Positions 49,627-59,675 of a stretch of DNA of 64,000 nucleotides are shown piece by piece. Origin of the DNA: Rhodanobacter sp. Its GTDB lineage: Bacteria > Pseudomonadota > Gammaproteobacteria > Xanthomonadales > Rhodanobacteraceae. Every line of letters starts with the position of its first letter. Position 1 is the first letter of the stretch. Below the pieces are notes generated by a model. The model was not told the origin of the DNA. It did not search any database and was given only the letters and a program-made list of their open reading frames with translations. The position numbers and the translations under genes are program-made. The stretch is from contig JBDTBF010000045.1 of NCBI GenBank assembly GCA_039924175.1, forward strand, positions 52,286 through 116,285, in the 5' to 3' direction.

Positions 49627-51735
49627 ATGACAGACAAGACTCAGGCCGACCAACACGTCGAAGCCAGCGAAGCCCAGATTTCGGTGCACTGGAAAGAGGA
49701 AGGCTATTTCCAGCCGTCGGAGGCGTTCATCAAGCAAGCGAACATGAGCGATCCGGATGTTCGCAAACGGTTTGGCGAGGAGAATTTCCCTGATTGTTTC
49801 CGCGAGTACGCGGACATGCTGACGTGGTCAACGCCCTATAAAGAAGTGCTCGATACGAGCAATCCGCCCTTCTGGCAATGGTTTGTCGGCGGCAAATTGA
49901 ACGCCTGTTACAACTGTGTCGATCGGCACCTCGAGCAGTACCGCAACAAGGCTGCGCTGATCTTCATGGCTGAGCCGGAAGACGACGTGCCGGTAGTGTT
50001 GACCTATCAAGAGCTGTACATCCGAGTTAACGAGATGGCAGCGTTGCTGCGTGACTATTGCGGCCTCAAGGCCGGCGACCGAGTCACCTTGCACTTACCG
50101 ATGACGCTGGACCTGCCGATCACCATGCTGGCCTGCGCGCGCCTTGGCGTTGTTCACTCGCAGGTGTTTGGTGGGTTTTCCGGCCAGTCCTGTGGTTCGC
50201 GTATTGAAGACTCTGGTAGTCGCGTTCTCATCACGATTGACGCGTACTGGCGTTCCGGCAAATTGATCGATCACAAGATCAACGCCGACATCGCGGTAAA
50301 AGTTGCCGAGGAGGCCGGGCAGCACGTGGACAAGGTCCTCGTCTGGCAGCGCTACCCGGGCAAGAACAGCTCGCCGACGGCGATGGTTGAAGGGCGCGAT
50401 GTGTTCGTCAATGACATCTTGAAACAATACGCCGGCAAGCTGGTCGAGCCGGTGGCGATGGATGCCAATGCACCGTTATTCCTGATGTATTCCAGCGGCA
50501 CGACCGGCAAGCCGAAGGGCTGCCAACATCGTACCGGTGGCTACATGGCGTATGTCGCCGGCACCTCCAAATACATTCAAGACATCCACCCGACTGACAC
50601 CTACTGGTGCATGGCCGATATTGGCTGGATCACCGGCCATTCGTACATCGTGTACGGTCCGCTTGCTCTCGCAGCGACCAGCGTGATGTATGAGGGCGTT
50701 CCCACTTATCCAGACGTGCGTCGACCGTGGCGGATTGCTGAGCGGCTGGGCGTCAATATCTTCCACACCTCGCCCACGGCGGTACGTGCCCTGCGTCGGC
50801 TGGGGCCGAACGAGCCAAGCAAGTGCAATTACCATTTCAAGCACATGACGACCGTGGGCGAACCGATTGAGCCGGAGGCCTGGCGTTGGTACTACAACGA
50901 AATTGGCAAAGGTGAAGCGGTGATTGTCGACACGTGGTGGCAAACCGAGAACGGCGGCTTCCTGTGCAGCACGTTGCCAGCGTTGGATGCGATGAAGCCG
51001 GGCAGTGCAGGACCAGCGGTGCCGGGCATTTATCCGATCCTGTACGACGACAACGGTGTGGAAGTCACCAAAGGTTCTGGCCAGGCCGGCAATTTGTGCA
51101 TCCGCAATCCATGGCCGGGCATTATCCAGACCATTTGGGGCGATGATCAACGTTTCGTGGATACCTATTACAAACGCTTCTGCAAAGATCCCAAGAGTAA
51201 GGATTGGCGCGACTGGCCGTATATGTCGGGTGATGGCGCGATGCAGGCGGCGGACGGCTATTTCCGTATCCTCGGTCGCGTCGACGATGTCATCAACGTA
51301 TCCGGCCATCGTTTGGGTACCAAGGAAATTGAATCCGCGTGTCTGACCGTGCCGGAAGTTGCTGAGGCGGCCGTGGTGCCGGTGATTGATGAAATCAAAG
51401 GGCGCGTGCCGGACGTCTACGTTTCCCTTAATCCCGGAGTGACGGATTTCGAGGCGGTCACCAAACACGTCATACAAGCCTGTGATGACATGATCGGGAA
51501 AATTGCGCGCCCACGGAAGGTGCACATCGTGCCGGACATGCCCAAGACGCGGTCGGGTAAAATCATGCGCCGCGTGCTTGCCGCTATTTCAAACGGACGT
51601 GACGCCGGCGATGTCACCACGCTTGCTAACGCTAGCGTGGTGGAAGAGATTCGGGTGACGGTGCAAGGCGAAAATGCGGTTGCTTCGACGGAGGAACTAC
51701 CGGCCGATATTGCGCAGTTTGGTAAGAACGACTGA
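49627..51735 (+). CDS. acs: Second, divergent acetate--CoA ligase
   Basis: [56 protein letters not shown]; AAGGAG RBS. Confidence 0.9.
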   Translation: MTDKTQADQHVEASEAQISVHWKEEGYFQPSEAFIKQANMSDPDVRKRFGEENFPDCFREYADMLTWSTPYKEVLDTSNPPFWQWFVGGKLNACYNCVDRHLEQYRNKAALIFMAEPEDDVPVVLTYQELYIRVNEMAALLRDYCGLKAGDRVTLHLPMTLDLPITMLACARLGVVHSQVFGGFSGQSCGSRIEDSGSRVLITIDAYWRSGKLIDHKINADIAVKVAEEAGQHVDKVLVWQRYPGKNSSPTAMVEGRDVFVNDILKQYAGKLVEPVAMDANAPLFLMYSSGTTGKPKGCQHRTGGYMAYVAGTSKYIQDIHPTDTYWCMADIGWITGHSYIVYGPLALAATSVMYEGVPTYPDVRRPWRIAERLGVNIFHTSPTAVRALRRLGPNEPSKCNYHFKHMTTVGEPIEPEAWRWYYNEIGKGEAVIVDTWWQTENGGFLCSTLPALDAMKPGSAGPAVPGIYPILYDDNGVEVTKGSGQAGNLCIRNPWPGIIQTIWGDDQRFVDTYYKRFCKDPKSKDWRDWPYMSGDGAMQAADGYFRILGRVDDVINVSGHRLGTKEIESACLTVPEVAEAAVVPVIDEIKGRVPDVYVSLNPGVTDFEAVTKHVIQACDDMIGKIARPRKVHIVPDMPKTRSGKIMRRVLAAISNGRDAGDVTTLANASVVEEIRVTVQGENAVASTEELPADIAQFGKND

Positions 51736-51773
51736 CTCTGTATAGGTGAAAGCCAGGCACCCTTGGCGTACAA

Positions 51774-51808
51774 CATTCGCGACGTACTTATTTCGTACGT
51801 CGCGAATG
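51774..51808. terminator. Perfect 14-bp hairpin after the second acs
   Basis: CATTCGCGACGTAC-ttatttc-GTACGTCGCGAATG; no adjacent U-tract. Confidence 0.55.
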
Positions 51809-51851
51809 GCCCCGGTGCTCCGGTATATCGGTTTTTATGGGTGGTGTTCCC

Positions 51852-52076
51852 ATGCGAGAAGAATTGGAAGAAGCGCGACGCCGTACTGCTGAGGCCGTAC
51901 GCGCCGCTTGTGTGCGTGCGGCGCTAGAGGGGTACGAGCGCGCTGGGATCAGTGGCTTGTGTGAGGCCGGCCGCTGGGAGATGGCGGTTGATTCGATTCA
52001 GTCGCTCGACGTGAAGGCTCTCGTTCGTGAACTGTCGAATAATACGGACTCAGTATCGCCAACCGCAAAAAAGTAA
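51852..52076 (+). CDS. Small helical hypothetical protein (74 aa)
   Basis: AEAVRAAC..AALEGYE.AG.SGLC..GRWE.A pattern, which I recall from a small uncharacterised family. Alternative start at 51837. Confidence 0.65.
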   Translation: MREELEEARRRTAEAVRAACVRAALEGYERAGISGLCEAGRWEMAVDSIQSLDVKALVRELSNNTDSVSPTAKK

Positions 52077-52229
52077 GCGCGAATGGGCAGAGCGTGCCGT
52101 CGCATGGGCGTCGCTTGGGTTGATGCTGGCGACCGTCGCAACGCATGGTGTGACTGATTGCACTCGCGTTCGCGTGATTTGCGCTAGGTTGATGGCTAAC
52201 GTGTGCGCGCCCCTTGCCGGAGATCTTGC

Positions 52230-53903
52230 ATGACCGCTACAGCCAGCTATGTTCACGGTGCCAGTACGCAGCCGCTGTGGGGCGAAACTATCGGCGCCAT
52301 GCTTGATCGCGTGGTGGCGTTGCATTCGGAGCGTCCGGCACTGGTCGTTCGTGCGCAGGGTGTGCGGTTGAGCTATCGCGAATTTCACGCTCAGGTAGAG
52401 CGTGTCGCCGCGGGGCTATTGGCGCTGGGTCTGGCGCCGGGCGACCGCGTCGGTATCTGGGCACCAAATCGAGCCGAGTGGGTGGTGCTGCAGTTTGCTG
52501 CACCAAAGGCGGGGCTGATTTTGGTCAACATTAATCCGGCCTACCGCACGCACGAGCTGGAATATTCCTTGAATAAAGTGGCGTGCCGGGCGCTGGTGTT
52601 GGCGCGGCGCTTCAAGACTTCGCACTACTTGGACATGCTGGGTGAGTTGGCGCCGGAACTGGCCAGCGCAGAACTCGGTTGCCTGCAGTCAGTGCGCCTG
52701 CCGGCCTTGCGCGATGTCATTTTGCTGGGTGATGAGGCGGCCCCCGGAACACGTAGTTGGTCGCAACTGGCGGCATTAGGTGACGACGCCGCACTGGCAA
52801 AGTTACACGCGATTGAGTCCACATTGGCCTTCGATGACCCAGTGAATATCCAGTTCACCTCCGGCACCACCGGCGCGCCCAAGGGCGCCACGCTGACTCA
52901 CCACAATATCGTTAATAACGGCTGGTTTATCGGCGAAGCGATGCGCCTGACCGAGCACGATCGGCTGTGTATTCCGGTACCGTTTTATCACTGCTTTGGC
53001 ATGGTGTTGGGCAACCTCGCCTGCGTCACTCACGGCGCTTGCATGGTGATTCCCGGTGAAGGATTTGATGCGCTGGCTACGCTGGAAACTGTGGCTGCGG
53101 AAAAGTGCACGGGCTTGCATGGCGTGCCGACCATGTTTATTGCTGAACTAGAGCACCCACGCTTCGCTGAATTTGATTTGAGCTCGTTGCGCACCGGCAT
53201 CATGGCCGGATCACCGTGCCCGATCGAAGTCATGCGACGCGTGGTGAGTGAAATGCATATGGCGGAAATTACTATCGCCTACGGCATGACCGAAACCAGC
53301 CCGGTGAGCTTCCAAAGCGTGACCGACGATCCGATCGAGCGTCGCGTTAACAGCGTCGGGCGTATCCATCCGCATCTAGAAGTGAAGCTGATCGACGAAG
53401 CCGGGCGCATCGTGCCGCGCGGCACCTCGGGCGAGTTATGCACACGCGGCTATTCGGTGATGCTGGGATACTGGGGTGAGGATGCTCGCACGCGGGAAGC
53501 TATCGACCCAGCGCGATGGATGCACACCGGCGATTTGGCGGAGATTGACGCGGAGGGTTATTGCCGCATTGTCGGTCGACTCAAAGACCTCATTATTCGC
53601 GGCGGTGAAAACGTCTATCCGCGTGAGATCGAAGAGTTTCTTTATACCCACGCAAAGGTTCTGGACGTACAAGTATTTGGCGTGCCCGATGCGAAGTTCG
53701 GTGAGCAAGTGTGTGCTTGGGTGCGCCTGCGCGAAGGCAGCCAAGCCACGGAAGCAGAAATCCAGGACTACTGTCGCCATCATCTGGCCCACTACAAAGT
53801 GCCGCACTACGTGCGTTTCGTCGATGCGTTCCCGATGACGGTGACTGGCAAGGTACAGAAGTACCTGATGCGCAAGGCAATGGCGGACGAACTGACGAGT
53901 TGA
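52230..53903 (+). CDS. AMP-binding acyl-CoA synthetase (ACSF2/YngI-like)
   Basis: [38 protein letters not shown]; GGAG RBS. Confidence 0.9.
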   Translation: MTATASYVHGASTQPLWGETIGAMLDRVVALHSERPALVVRAQGVRLSYREFHAQVERVAAGLLALGLAPGDRVGIWAPNRAEWVVLQFAAPKAGLILVNINPAYRTHELEYSLNKVACRALVLARRFKTSHYLDMLGELAPELASAELGCLQSVRLPALRDVILLGDEAAPGTRSWSQLAALGDDAALAKLHAIESTLAFDDPVNIQFTSGTTGAPKGATLTHHNIVNNGWFIGEAMRLTEHDRLCIPVPFYHCFGMVLGNLACVTHGACMVIPGEGFDALATLETVAAEKCTGLHGVPTMFIAELEHPRFAEFDLSSLRTGIMAGSPCPIEVMRRVVSEMHMAEITIAYGMTETSPVSFQSVTDDPIERRVNSVGRIHPHLEVKLIDEAGRIVPRGTSGELCTRGYSVMLGYWGEDARTREAIDPARWMHTGDLAEIDAEGYCRIVGRLKDLIIRGGENVYPREIEEFLYTHAKVLDVQVFGVPDAKFGEQVCAWVRLREGSQATEAEIQDYCRHHLAHYKVPHYVRFVDAFPMTVTGKVQKYLMRKAMADELTS

Positions 53904-53961
53904 TTGCGGCGCTCTAGGTCGTGTCGCGGCGGTTGAGATGGCCTCGCGCGACAATGCAGGG

Positions 53962-55080
53962 ATGAGTGCTTCTTCGTCGCCGCCGGTTCCGCCGGACCAG
54001 CTCCCCACCACCCGCTTCCATAAAGGTCGCGGCGCTGCGTCCAATCCGGAGGGGCGCTTCGAGTCCATTCGGCATCAGGCTGAAGACGATGGCTGGCAAA
54101 GCGCGCTGTTGGATGAAGACAACCCGCGTCCACGCACCGAAGTAACGGAGGAACGCGCGCGCAGCGTGATCAGTCGTAACGATTCGCCGGACATTGATTT
54201 CACGCAGGCGATCAATCCGTATCGCGGTTGCGAACACGGCTGCGTTTACTGCTTTGCGCGGCCTTCGCACAGCTATTTGGGACTGTCGCCTGGTCTCGAT
54301 TTTGAAACGCGCTTACGCGCCAAGGTCAACCTGGCCGAAGTGTTGCGCAGCGAGTTGAGCAAGCCAAGTTACGTCGTTAGTCCGATCAATATCGGCAGCA
54401 ACACCGATCCGTATCAATCGGTAGAAAAGCGTTTGCGCCTAACCCGCGCCGCGCTGGAAGTGCTGGCGGCCTGTCAGCATCCGTGCACGATCGTCACCAA
54501 GAACGCGATGGTAGAACGCGACCTGGACATTTTGGTGCCAATGGCGCGTGCCAACTTGGTACAAGTGTTTTTCTCGATTAATTCGCTGGACAACCACCTC
54601 GCCGCCAAACTCGAACCGCGTGCCAGCGCACCGCATCGACGCATGCAGGCCATTCGCACGTTGGCGGCTGCCGGCGTGCCAGTGGGCGTGCTGGTGGCGC
54701 CAATTATCCCGGCGTTGAATGATCGCGACATGGAGGCCGTTATCGCGCAGGCCGCCGCCAATGGTGCATGCAGTGCCGGCTACACCACCTTGCGCTTGCC
54801 GCATGAGTTGAAAGCCTTGTTCCGCGAATGGCTTGCGTTGCATGCCCCGCAGCGGGCCGAGCACGTGATGAGCTTGGTGCAACAGATGAACGGCGGTCGT
54901 GATTACGACAGCAACTTTGCTACGCGCATGCACGGGCAGGGTGTATTTGCCGACTTGCTACGCCGACGTTTTGATCTGGCTTGTCGCAAGCATGGGCTGA
55001 CGCGATCGCGCGAGCTGCAATTGGATAGCACGCATTTTGTGCCGCCACGTCCGCTGACGCCGCAGGGTGAATTGTTCTGA
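53962..55080 (+). CDS. PA0069 family radical SAM protein
   Basis: KGRGA.SN..GRF, NPYRGCEHGCVYCFARP (CxxxCxxC), NTDPYQ, LEPRA, C-terminal QGELF. Alternative start at 53938. Confidence 0.9.
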   Translation: MSASSSPPVPPDQLPTTRFHKGRGAASNPEGRFESIRHQAEDDGWQSALLDEDNPRPRTEVTEERARSVISRNDSPDIDFTQAINPYRGCEHGCVYCFARPSHSYLGLSPGLDFETRLRAKVNLAEVLRSELSKPSYVVSPINIGSNTDPYQSVEKRLRLTRAALEVLAACQHPCTIVTKNAMVERDLDILVPMARANLVQVFFSINSLDNHLAAKLEPRASAPHRRMQAIRTLAAAGVPVGVLVAPIIPALNDRDMEAVIAQAAANGACSAGYTTLRLPHELKALFREWLALHAPQRAEHVMSLVQQMNGGRDYDSNFATRMHGQGVFADLLRRRFDLACRKHGLTRSRELQLDSTHFVPPRPLTPQGELF

Positions 55081-55401
55081 TGCAGCCGCGGTCGGGTTGG
55101 TCTGAACAATGCCGACCCCGTCACTCCTGCGGCTTTCAACCGACGAGCGCTTGCTCAGGCCGGAAGCCTTCCAGGCTAAGGAAGTGGGCCATCTAGTGCC
55201 TTCCGCGACGTGCCGTACCCCTTGATCTCAGCTTTTGCCAGGGTGACAACTTGCTCAGACTTTCCTTGGGCTGACAGGCGTTGGCAGTAAGGCGTCCGCT
55301 TGTCGGCGCGTGTGTGCGGTGCTTGTTATCTGGCCATTCGGCCAACACGGGCGGTCTCCTTGGTGTGCGTTCGAGACCTACCGTTATTCGTATTTATTTA
55401 C

Positions 55402-55429
55402 GATAAGATATGTTATAACATATCGTTAA
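55402..55429. promoter_or_regulatory. Zur-like operator upstream of the TonB-dependent receptor
   Basis: Perfect 18-bp palindrome GATATGTTATAACATATC at 55407-55424. Half-sites GATATGTTATA and TATAACATATC resemble the gammaproteobacterial Zur box GAAATGTTATA-N-TATAACATTTC. Confidence 0.7.
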
Positions 55430-55459
55430 TATCCCACGTCGTGTTAGTTGGAAGTCCCC

Positions 55460-57640
55460 ATGAAGTTAACCGTACTTGCGCTCAGCGTCGCGTTGGCGCT
55501 GCTTGTCGCGCCCGTCAACGCCACCGAACTTCCTGCTGCCGCCACAACGGCTGATGCACTCATCCCTGCGGCGCGCGCGAGCGAGGTTGCCGCGCGCGAC
55601 GAGCTGTCCATCGCCGTACAAAATTTGGGTGCTATCAGCGTGTCGGCGAAGTTGGATCAGGCGCGTAACTTGCTCTCCCCTGGTACGGGCAGCAGTCAAT
55701 ATGTGATCGATCGTCAGGCGATTGCGCGGCTGCCGCTGGGCGCGTCCACACCGATGAACCAAGTGTTGTTGCAGGCGCCCGGTGCAGTGCAGGATTCTCA
55801 CGGTGGGCTACACGTGCGTGGCGATCACGCCAATCTGCAATACCGCATCAATGGCGTGATGATTCCCGAGTCAATTTCCGGCTTCGGACAAAGTCTGGAT
55901 GCGCGCGCGGTAGAAAGCGTCAAACTGCTTGATGGCGCGCTGCCGGCGCAATACGGCTTGCGTACTGCCGCCGTGGTCGACATCACTACCCGCAATGGAA
56001 AGCAGCTTGGTCATGGCGGCAGCGTTGGCGTAACGGCCGGCTCGTTTGGCACGCTCCATCCGAATGCTTCAATCTGGGGTGGTAATGATCGCTGGAGTTA
56101 CTTCGTTACCGGCAATTATCTGGAAAACGATGTGGGTATTGAAAATCCTACCTCCAGCCGCACGCCGCTGCACGATCACACCAACCAGACCAAGACTTTC
56201 GGTGACGTTAGCTATCTGATCAATGACGATACGCGGGTGAGCTTTCTCTTCGGCAGTAGCCGCGGACGCTATCAAATTCCCAACCGCCGCGGCGAGTCGC
56301 CCAGCTTTGGCTATCTTGATACGGTGAATTTCAACTCTGCTGATTTGAACGCTGGGCAGCGCGAGAACACGCGTTTCGGGGTGATCGCGTTGCAAGGAAA
56401 TTTCGCGCAAACCGATTATCAGGTGTCGGTCGGCCAACGCTATAGCGACATCACCTACCAACCCGATCAGGTCGGTGAGTTGATGTTCAATGGTGTGGCG
56501 TCTGCTGTCAGTCGTAGCAATCGCGCCAACACCCTGCAGGCCGATTTCTCCACGCCGGCCGGCGCGAGCCACACCATCCGTTATGGACTTTACGGCAGTT
56601 TCGAGCGTGCGCGCAGTGGTAACAATGCGTGGGTGTTTCCCACCGATGCAGCCGGTGATCAGGCCAGCACCACGCCGGTAAACATTTTGGATAACAGCCG
56701 GCTGGTAGCGAAAACCTGGTCGATCTATCTGCAGGATGAGTGGAGTCTCGCTGAGCGCTGGACCCTAAATGCCGGACTGCGTGGTGATCGTTACCAGTGG
56801 GTGCGCAGCGAAAGTCAGCTCAGCCCGCGACTGGGGTTGGTTTGGCAAGCAAGTGACGACACCGTGGTGCACGCTGGTTACTCGCGCTATTTCACGCCGC
56901 CAGCGACCGAGATGATTGCCAGCAGCAACATTGCCAAGTTTGATGGCACCACCAACGCCGTGCCAGACAACGGTAATAACACGCCGTTGGCCGAGCGCTC
57001 GGACTACTTGGATGTCGGCGTTTCGCAAAACCTTGGCGCGGCGTGGACCCTTGGCGTGGATGCTTACTATCGCGACGTGCGCCGCCTGCAGGATGAAGGT
57101 CAGTTCGGCTCAGCGCTGGTGTATTCCACCTTCAATTATGCATCTGGCCGCGTCAAAGGCATCGAGTTCACCGCCAATTACGCGCGTGGTCCGTGGTCGG
57201 CTTATTTCAACGCGGCGTTAGGCAAGGCGACCGGCAAACGTATCATCACCAGCCAGTACAACTTCGAGCCCGACGACTTGGCGTATACCAATAACCATTA
57301 CATTTTTCTCGATCACGACCAAAAGTTGACGGCATCTGGCGGCGTTCATCTCGCCTTGAGCGATCGCACCAACGTCGGTGCGGATTACTTGTTTGGTAGT
57401 GGCTTACGCAAAGATGGTGCGGTGCCGAACGGTGCATCTTTACCCGCCTATTTTCAGCTGAACCTCAATGTTTCCCATGATTTCCAGTTTCGCAGTACCG
57501 GTACGCTGCACACGCAACTAGCCGTGCTTAACGCACTCGACCGTAGTTATGAGTTACGCGATGGCAGTGGCATCGGCGTTGGGGCGCCGCAGTACGGGCC
57601 ACGGCGCGGCGTGTATTTGAATTTGCAGAAAGACTTCTGA
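55460..57640 (+). CDS. TonB-dependent receptor
   Basis: Signal peptide, plug (VRGDHANLQYRINGV, GALPAQYG..AAVVDI), YLQDEW, SPRLG, N.LD..Y and C-terminal F. Confidence 0.92.
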   Translation: MKLTVLALSVALALLVAPVNATELPAAATTADALIPAARASEVAARDELSIAVQNLGAISVSAKLDQARNLLSPGTGSSQYVIDRQAIARLPLGASTPMNQVLLQAPGAVQDSHGGLHVRGDHANLQYRINGVMIPESISGFGQSLDARAVESVKLLDGALPAQYGLRTAAVVDITTRNGKQLGHGGSVGVTAGSFGTLHPNASIWGGNDRWSYFVTGNYLENDVGIENPTSSRTPLHDHTNQTKTFGDVSYLINDDTRVSFLFGSSRGRYQIPNRRGESPSFGYLDTVNFNSADLNAGQRENTRFGVIALQGNFAQTDYQVSVGQRYSDITYQPDQVGELMFNGVASAVSRSNRANTLQADFSTPAGASHTIRYGLYGSFERARSGNNAWVFPTDAAGDQASTTPVNILDNSRLVAKTWSIYLQDEWSLAERWTLNAGLRGDRYQWVRSESQLSPRLGLVWQASDDTVVHAGYSRYFTPPATEMIASSNIAKFDGTTNAVPDNGNNTPLAERSDYLDVGVSQNLGAAWTLGVDAYYRDVRRLQDEGQFGSALVYSTFNYASGRVKGIEFTANYARGPWSAYFNAALGKATGKRIITSQYNFEPDDLAYTNNHYIFLDHDQKLTASGGVHLALSDRTNVGADYLFGSGLRKDGAVPNGASLPAYFQLNLNVSHDFQFRSTGTLHTQLAVLNALDRSYELRDGSGIGVGAPQYGPRRGVYLNLQKDF

Positions 57641-57739
57641 TTTTGCGTTATGCCCTATGCGATGCAGTCGCGCGTGCTCCTCCGCTGATGCGAGCGTGAG
57701 ATGAAGTCATTCTAAAAATGGCCGGAGTCGCTAATCCTT

Positions 57740-57979
57740 GTAGGAGGGACTTCAGTCCCGATGCTTTTAGACCTCGGGATCGACGCAAGGGCATCGCCCG
57801 CCAGCAGGCTCCTACGGTTCTCAGGCCGTGTGTTTATGCGGACTTAGCCACTTTGTCGCTCTCTTCCTACAGTCGACTTCACGCGCAGGGTGCACTGACC
57901 CGTTGTAGGAGCCCGCTGGCGGGCGATGCTTTTTGTTGATGCCTCAAGGCAAGAGCATCGCCGGCCAGCGGGCTCCTAC
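57740..57979. repeat. Cluster of GTAG REP doublets (REPIN/BIME-like)
   Basis: 57740-57764 GTAGGAGGGACTTCAGTCCCGATGC; 57791-57815 GCATCGCCCGCCAGCAGGCTCCTAC; 57905-57929 GTAGGAGCCCGCTGGCGGGCGATGC; 57955-57979 GCATCGCCGGCCAGCGGGCTCCTAC. Confidence 0.88.
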
Positions 57980-58062
57980 AATTTCTGACCGGCTACACGC
58001 TCTGGCGGGCTAACTGCCGTCATCGGTTATCCTTCGTGCGCTATTCGCCATCGACTTATCCC

Positions 58063-59256
58063 ATGCCATCTCGTCTTCCCGAACCCGACGTTGCCGAACG
58101 TGCACACTCTGATCGCCTGCTGCAGTTGCTGCGCGAGCAAATTGTCACGCACGGTCCGCTGTCTTTTGCGCAATACATGGAACGTTGTTTGTATGCGCCG
58201 GGATTGGGTTATTACAGCGCCGGGAAAACCAAGTTTGGCGAAGCCGGTGACTTTATTACCGCGCCAGAATTGGGTGACGTGTTCGCGCGCTGCGTAGTTA
58301 ACGCGATACAACCAGTCCTGGCGCAGCTTGGCGATGACGCTGACTTGCTGGAACTGGGTGGTGGCAGTGGCGCGTTTGCCGAGTCGGCGCTGAAGGCGCT
58401 GGATGCCAGCGGGACATTGCCGCGGCATTACCTGATTCTCGAACCCAGTGCGGATTTACGCGAGCGCCAGCGCGAGCGCTTGCAGGCCAACCTTCCGGCT
58501 GCGCTCAACGCTCGCGTGCAATGGCTAGATCGGCCGCCGGAACAGGATTGGCATGGCGTGTTGTTTGCGAACGAGGTGATTGATGCCTTGCCCGCCACGC
58601 GCTTTACCCTGCGCGACGGCGAGGTCTACGAGGAACACGTAGCGTTGGATGGCGAAGGGTCGCTGATTCGTACGGATCGCCCCGCCGATGCGTTAGTTAG
58701 CGGCGCGGTGCGTCATGTCGAGCGCGACCTTGGCGCGAATTTTGCCGATGACTATCGCTCGGAAATTTTGCCGCAATTGCCGTACTGGATTCAGGCCATC
58801 GCCGGCACGCTGAGCGCCGGCGTGATGTTGTTTATCGATTATGGTTATGTGCGCCGCGAGTTCTATCTGCCCGAGCGCAGCGATGGCACGCTGATGGCGC
58901 ATTACCGCCACCGCACGCACAACGAACCGTTTTTTTTACCAGGATTGAATGACCTGACGGCGTCGGTCGACTTCACCGCGTTGGCTGAAGCAGGTAATAG
59001 TGCGGACTTCGTCGTGGCGGCCTATATGCCGCAAGCGCAATTTTTGATTGGCGCAGGGTTGCAGGAAGTATTTGCCGAGGCCTATGCGCAGTTGGCAGAT
59101 GAGCGCACTCGGTATCAGCTGTCGCAACAGGTGAAGCGCTTGATGCTGCCCGATCAAATGGGTGAGCGCTTTCAAGCGATGTTGCTGGTTCGTGGCATGG
59201 ATAGCTTGCCGTTGCCGGCTGACTTGCTAGCGTCCGATCAAGGCGGACGGCTTTGA
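58063..59256 (+). CDS. Class I SAM-dependent methyltransferase, MidA/NDUFAF7 family
   Basis: YM..CLYAP.LGYY, GDFITAPE, ELGGGSG, ANEVIDALP, IDYG, DLTASVDF, MGERF. Confidence 0.92.
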   Translation: MPSRLPEPDVAERAHSDRLLQLLREQIVTHGPLSFAQYMERCLYAPGLGYYSAGKTKFGEAGDFITAPELGDVFARCVVNAIQPVLAQLGDDADLLELGGGSGAFAESALKALDASGTLPRHYLILEPSADLRERQRERLQANLPAALNARVQWLDRPPEQDWHGVLFANEVIDALPATRFTLRDGEVYEEHVALDGEGSLIRTDRPADALVSGAVRHVERDLGANFADDYRSEILPQLPYWIQAIAGTLSAGVMLFIDYGYVRREFYLPERSDGTLMAHYRHRTHNEPFFLPGLNDLTASVDFTALAEAGNSADFVVAAYMPQAQFLIGAGLQEVFAEAYAQLADERTRYQLSQQVKRLMLPDQMGERFQAMLLVRGMDSLPLPADLLASDQGGRL

Positions 59257-59675
59257 GTAAGTCGACCGCTATGCAGCCGTCTGGACGGCTACATTGGCAC
59301 TGGCTGTGGGTGACGCTGGGTGCGGCGTTTATGGCGTGGACGCTGTGGATGGCTTTGACGCCAGATCCCGATATTACGTTGACCTTCCCCGACGGTGATA
59401 AAGTACTGCATGCCATCACCTTCACTTGCCTGATGGGCTGGTGGGGTAATGTCTACGCTGGTCGCCGCGCTCGTGTGTGGGCCGCACTCGGTTGTCTCGC
59501 GTTTGGCGTGTTTATTGAATTTGCGCAGTGGCAAGATCCGCCACGCGATGCCGACGCCTTCGACGTGTTGGCCGACGGTATCGGTATTCTCATCGCGCTG
59601 GCGTTGCTACATACGCCACTCGCCAAAGTACTGGCGAGTGGCGAAGCGCTGCTACTGCGCCGGCATCGGCACTGA
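59253..59675 (+). CDS. VanZ-like membrane protein
   Basis: DKVLHA..F, G..IE..Q...R..D..D.LAD..G; TTGA overlap with the upstream gene. Confidence 0.82.
   Translation: MSKSTAMQPSGRLHWHWLWVTLGAAFMAWTLWMALTPDPDITLTFPDGDKVLHAITFTCLMGWWGNVYAGRRARVWAALGCLAFGVFIEFAQWQDPPRDADAFDVLADGIGILIALALLHTPLAKVLASGEALLLRRHRH

Noticed and set aside
50476-51525. 349-aa ORF antisense to the second acs (likewise 12740-13429, 19120-19854 and 24927-25622)
   Set aside because: These fully overlap well-supported genes and are antisense or alternative-frame artefacts of high GC.
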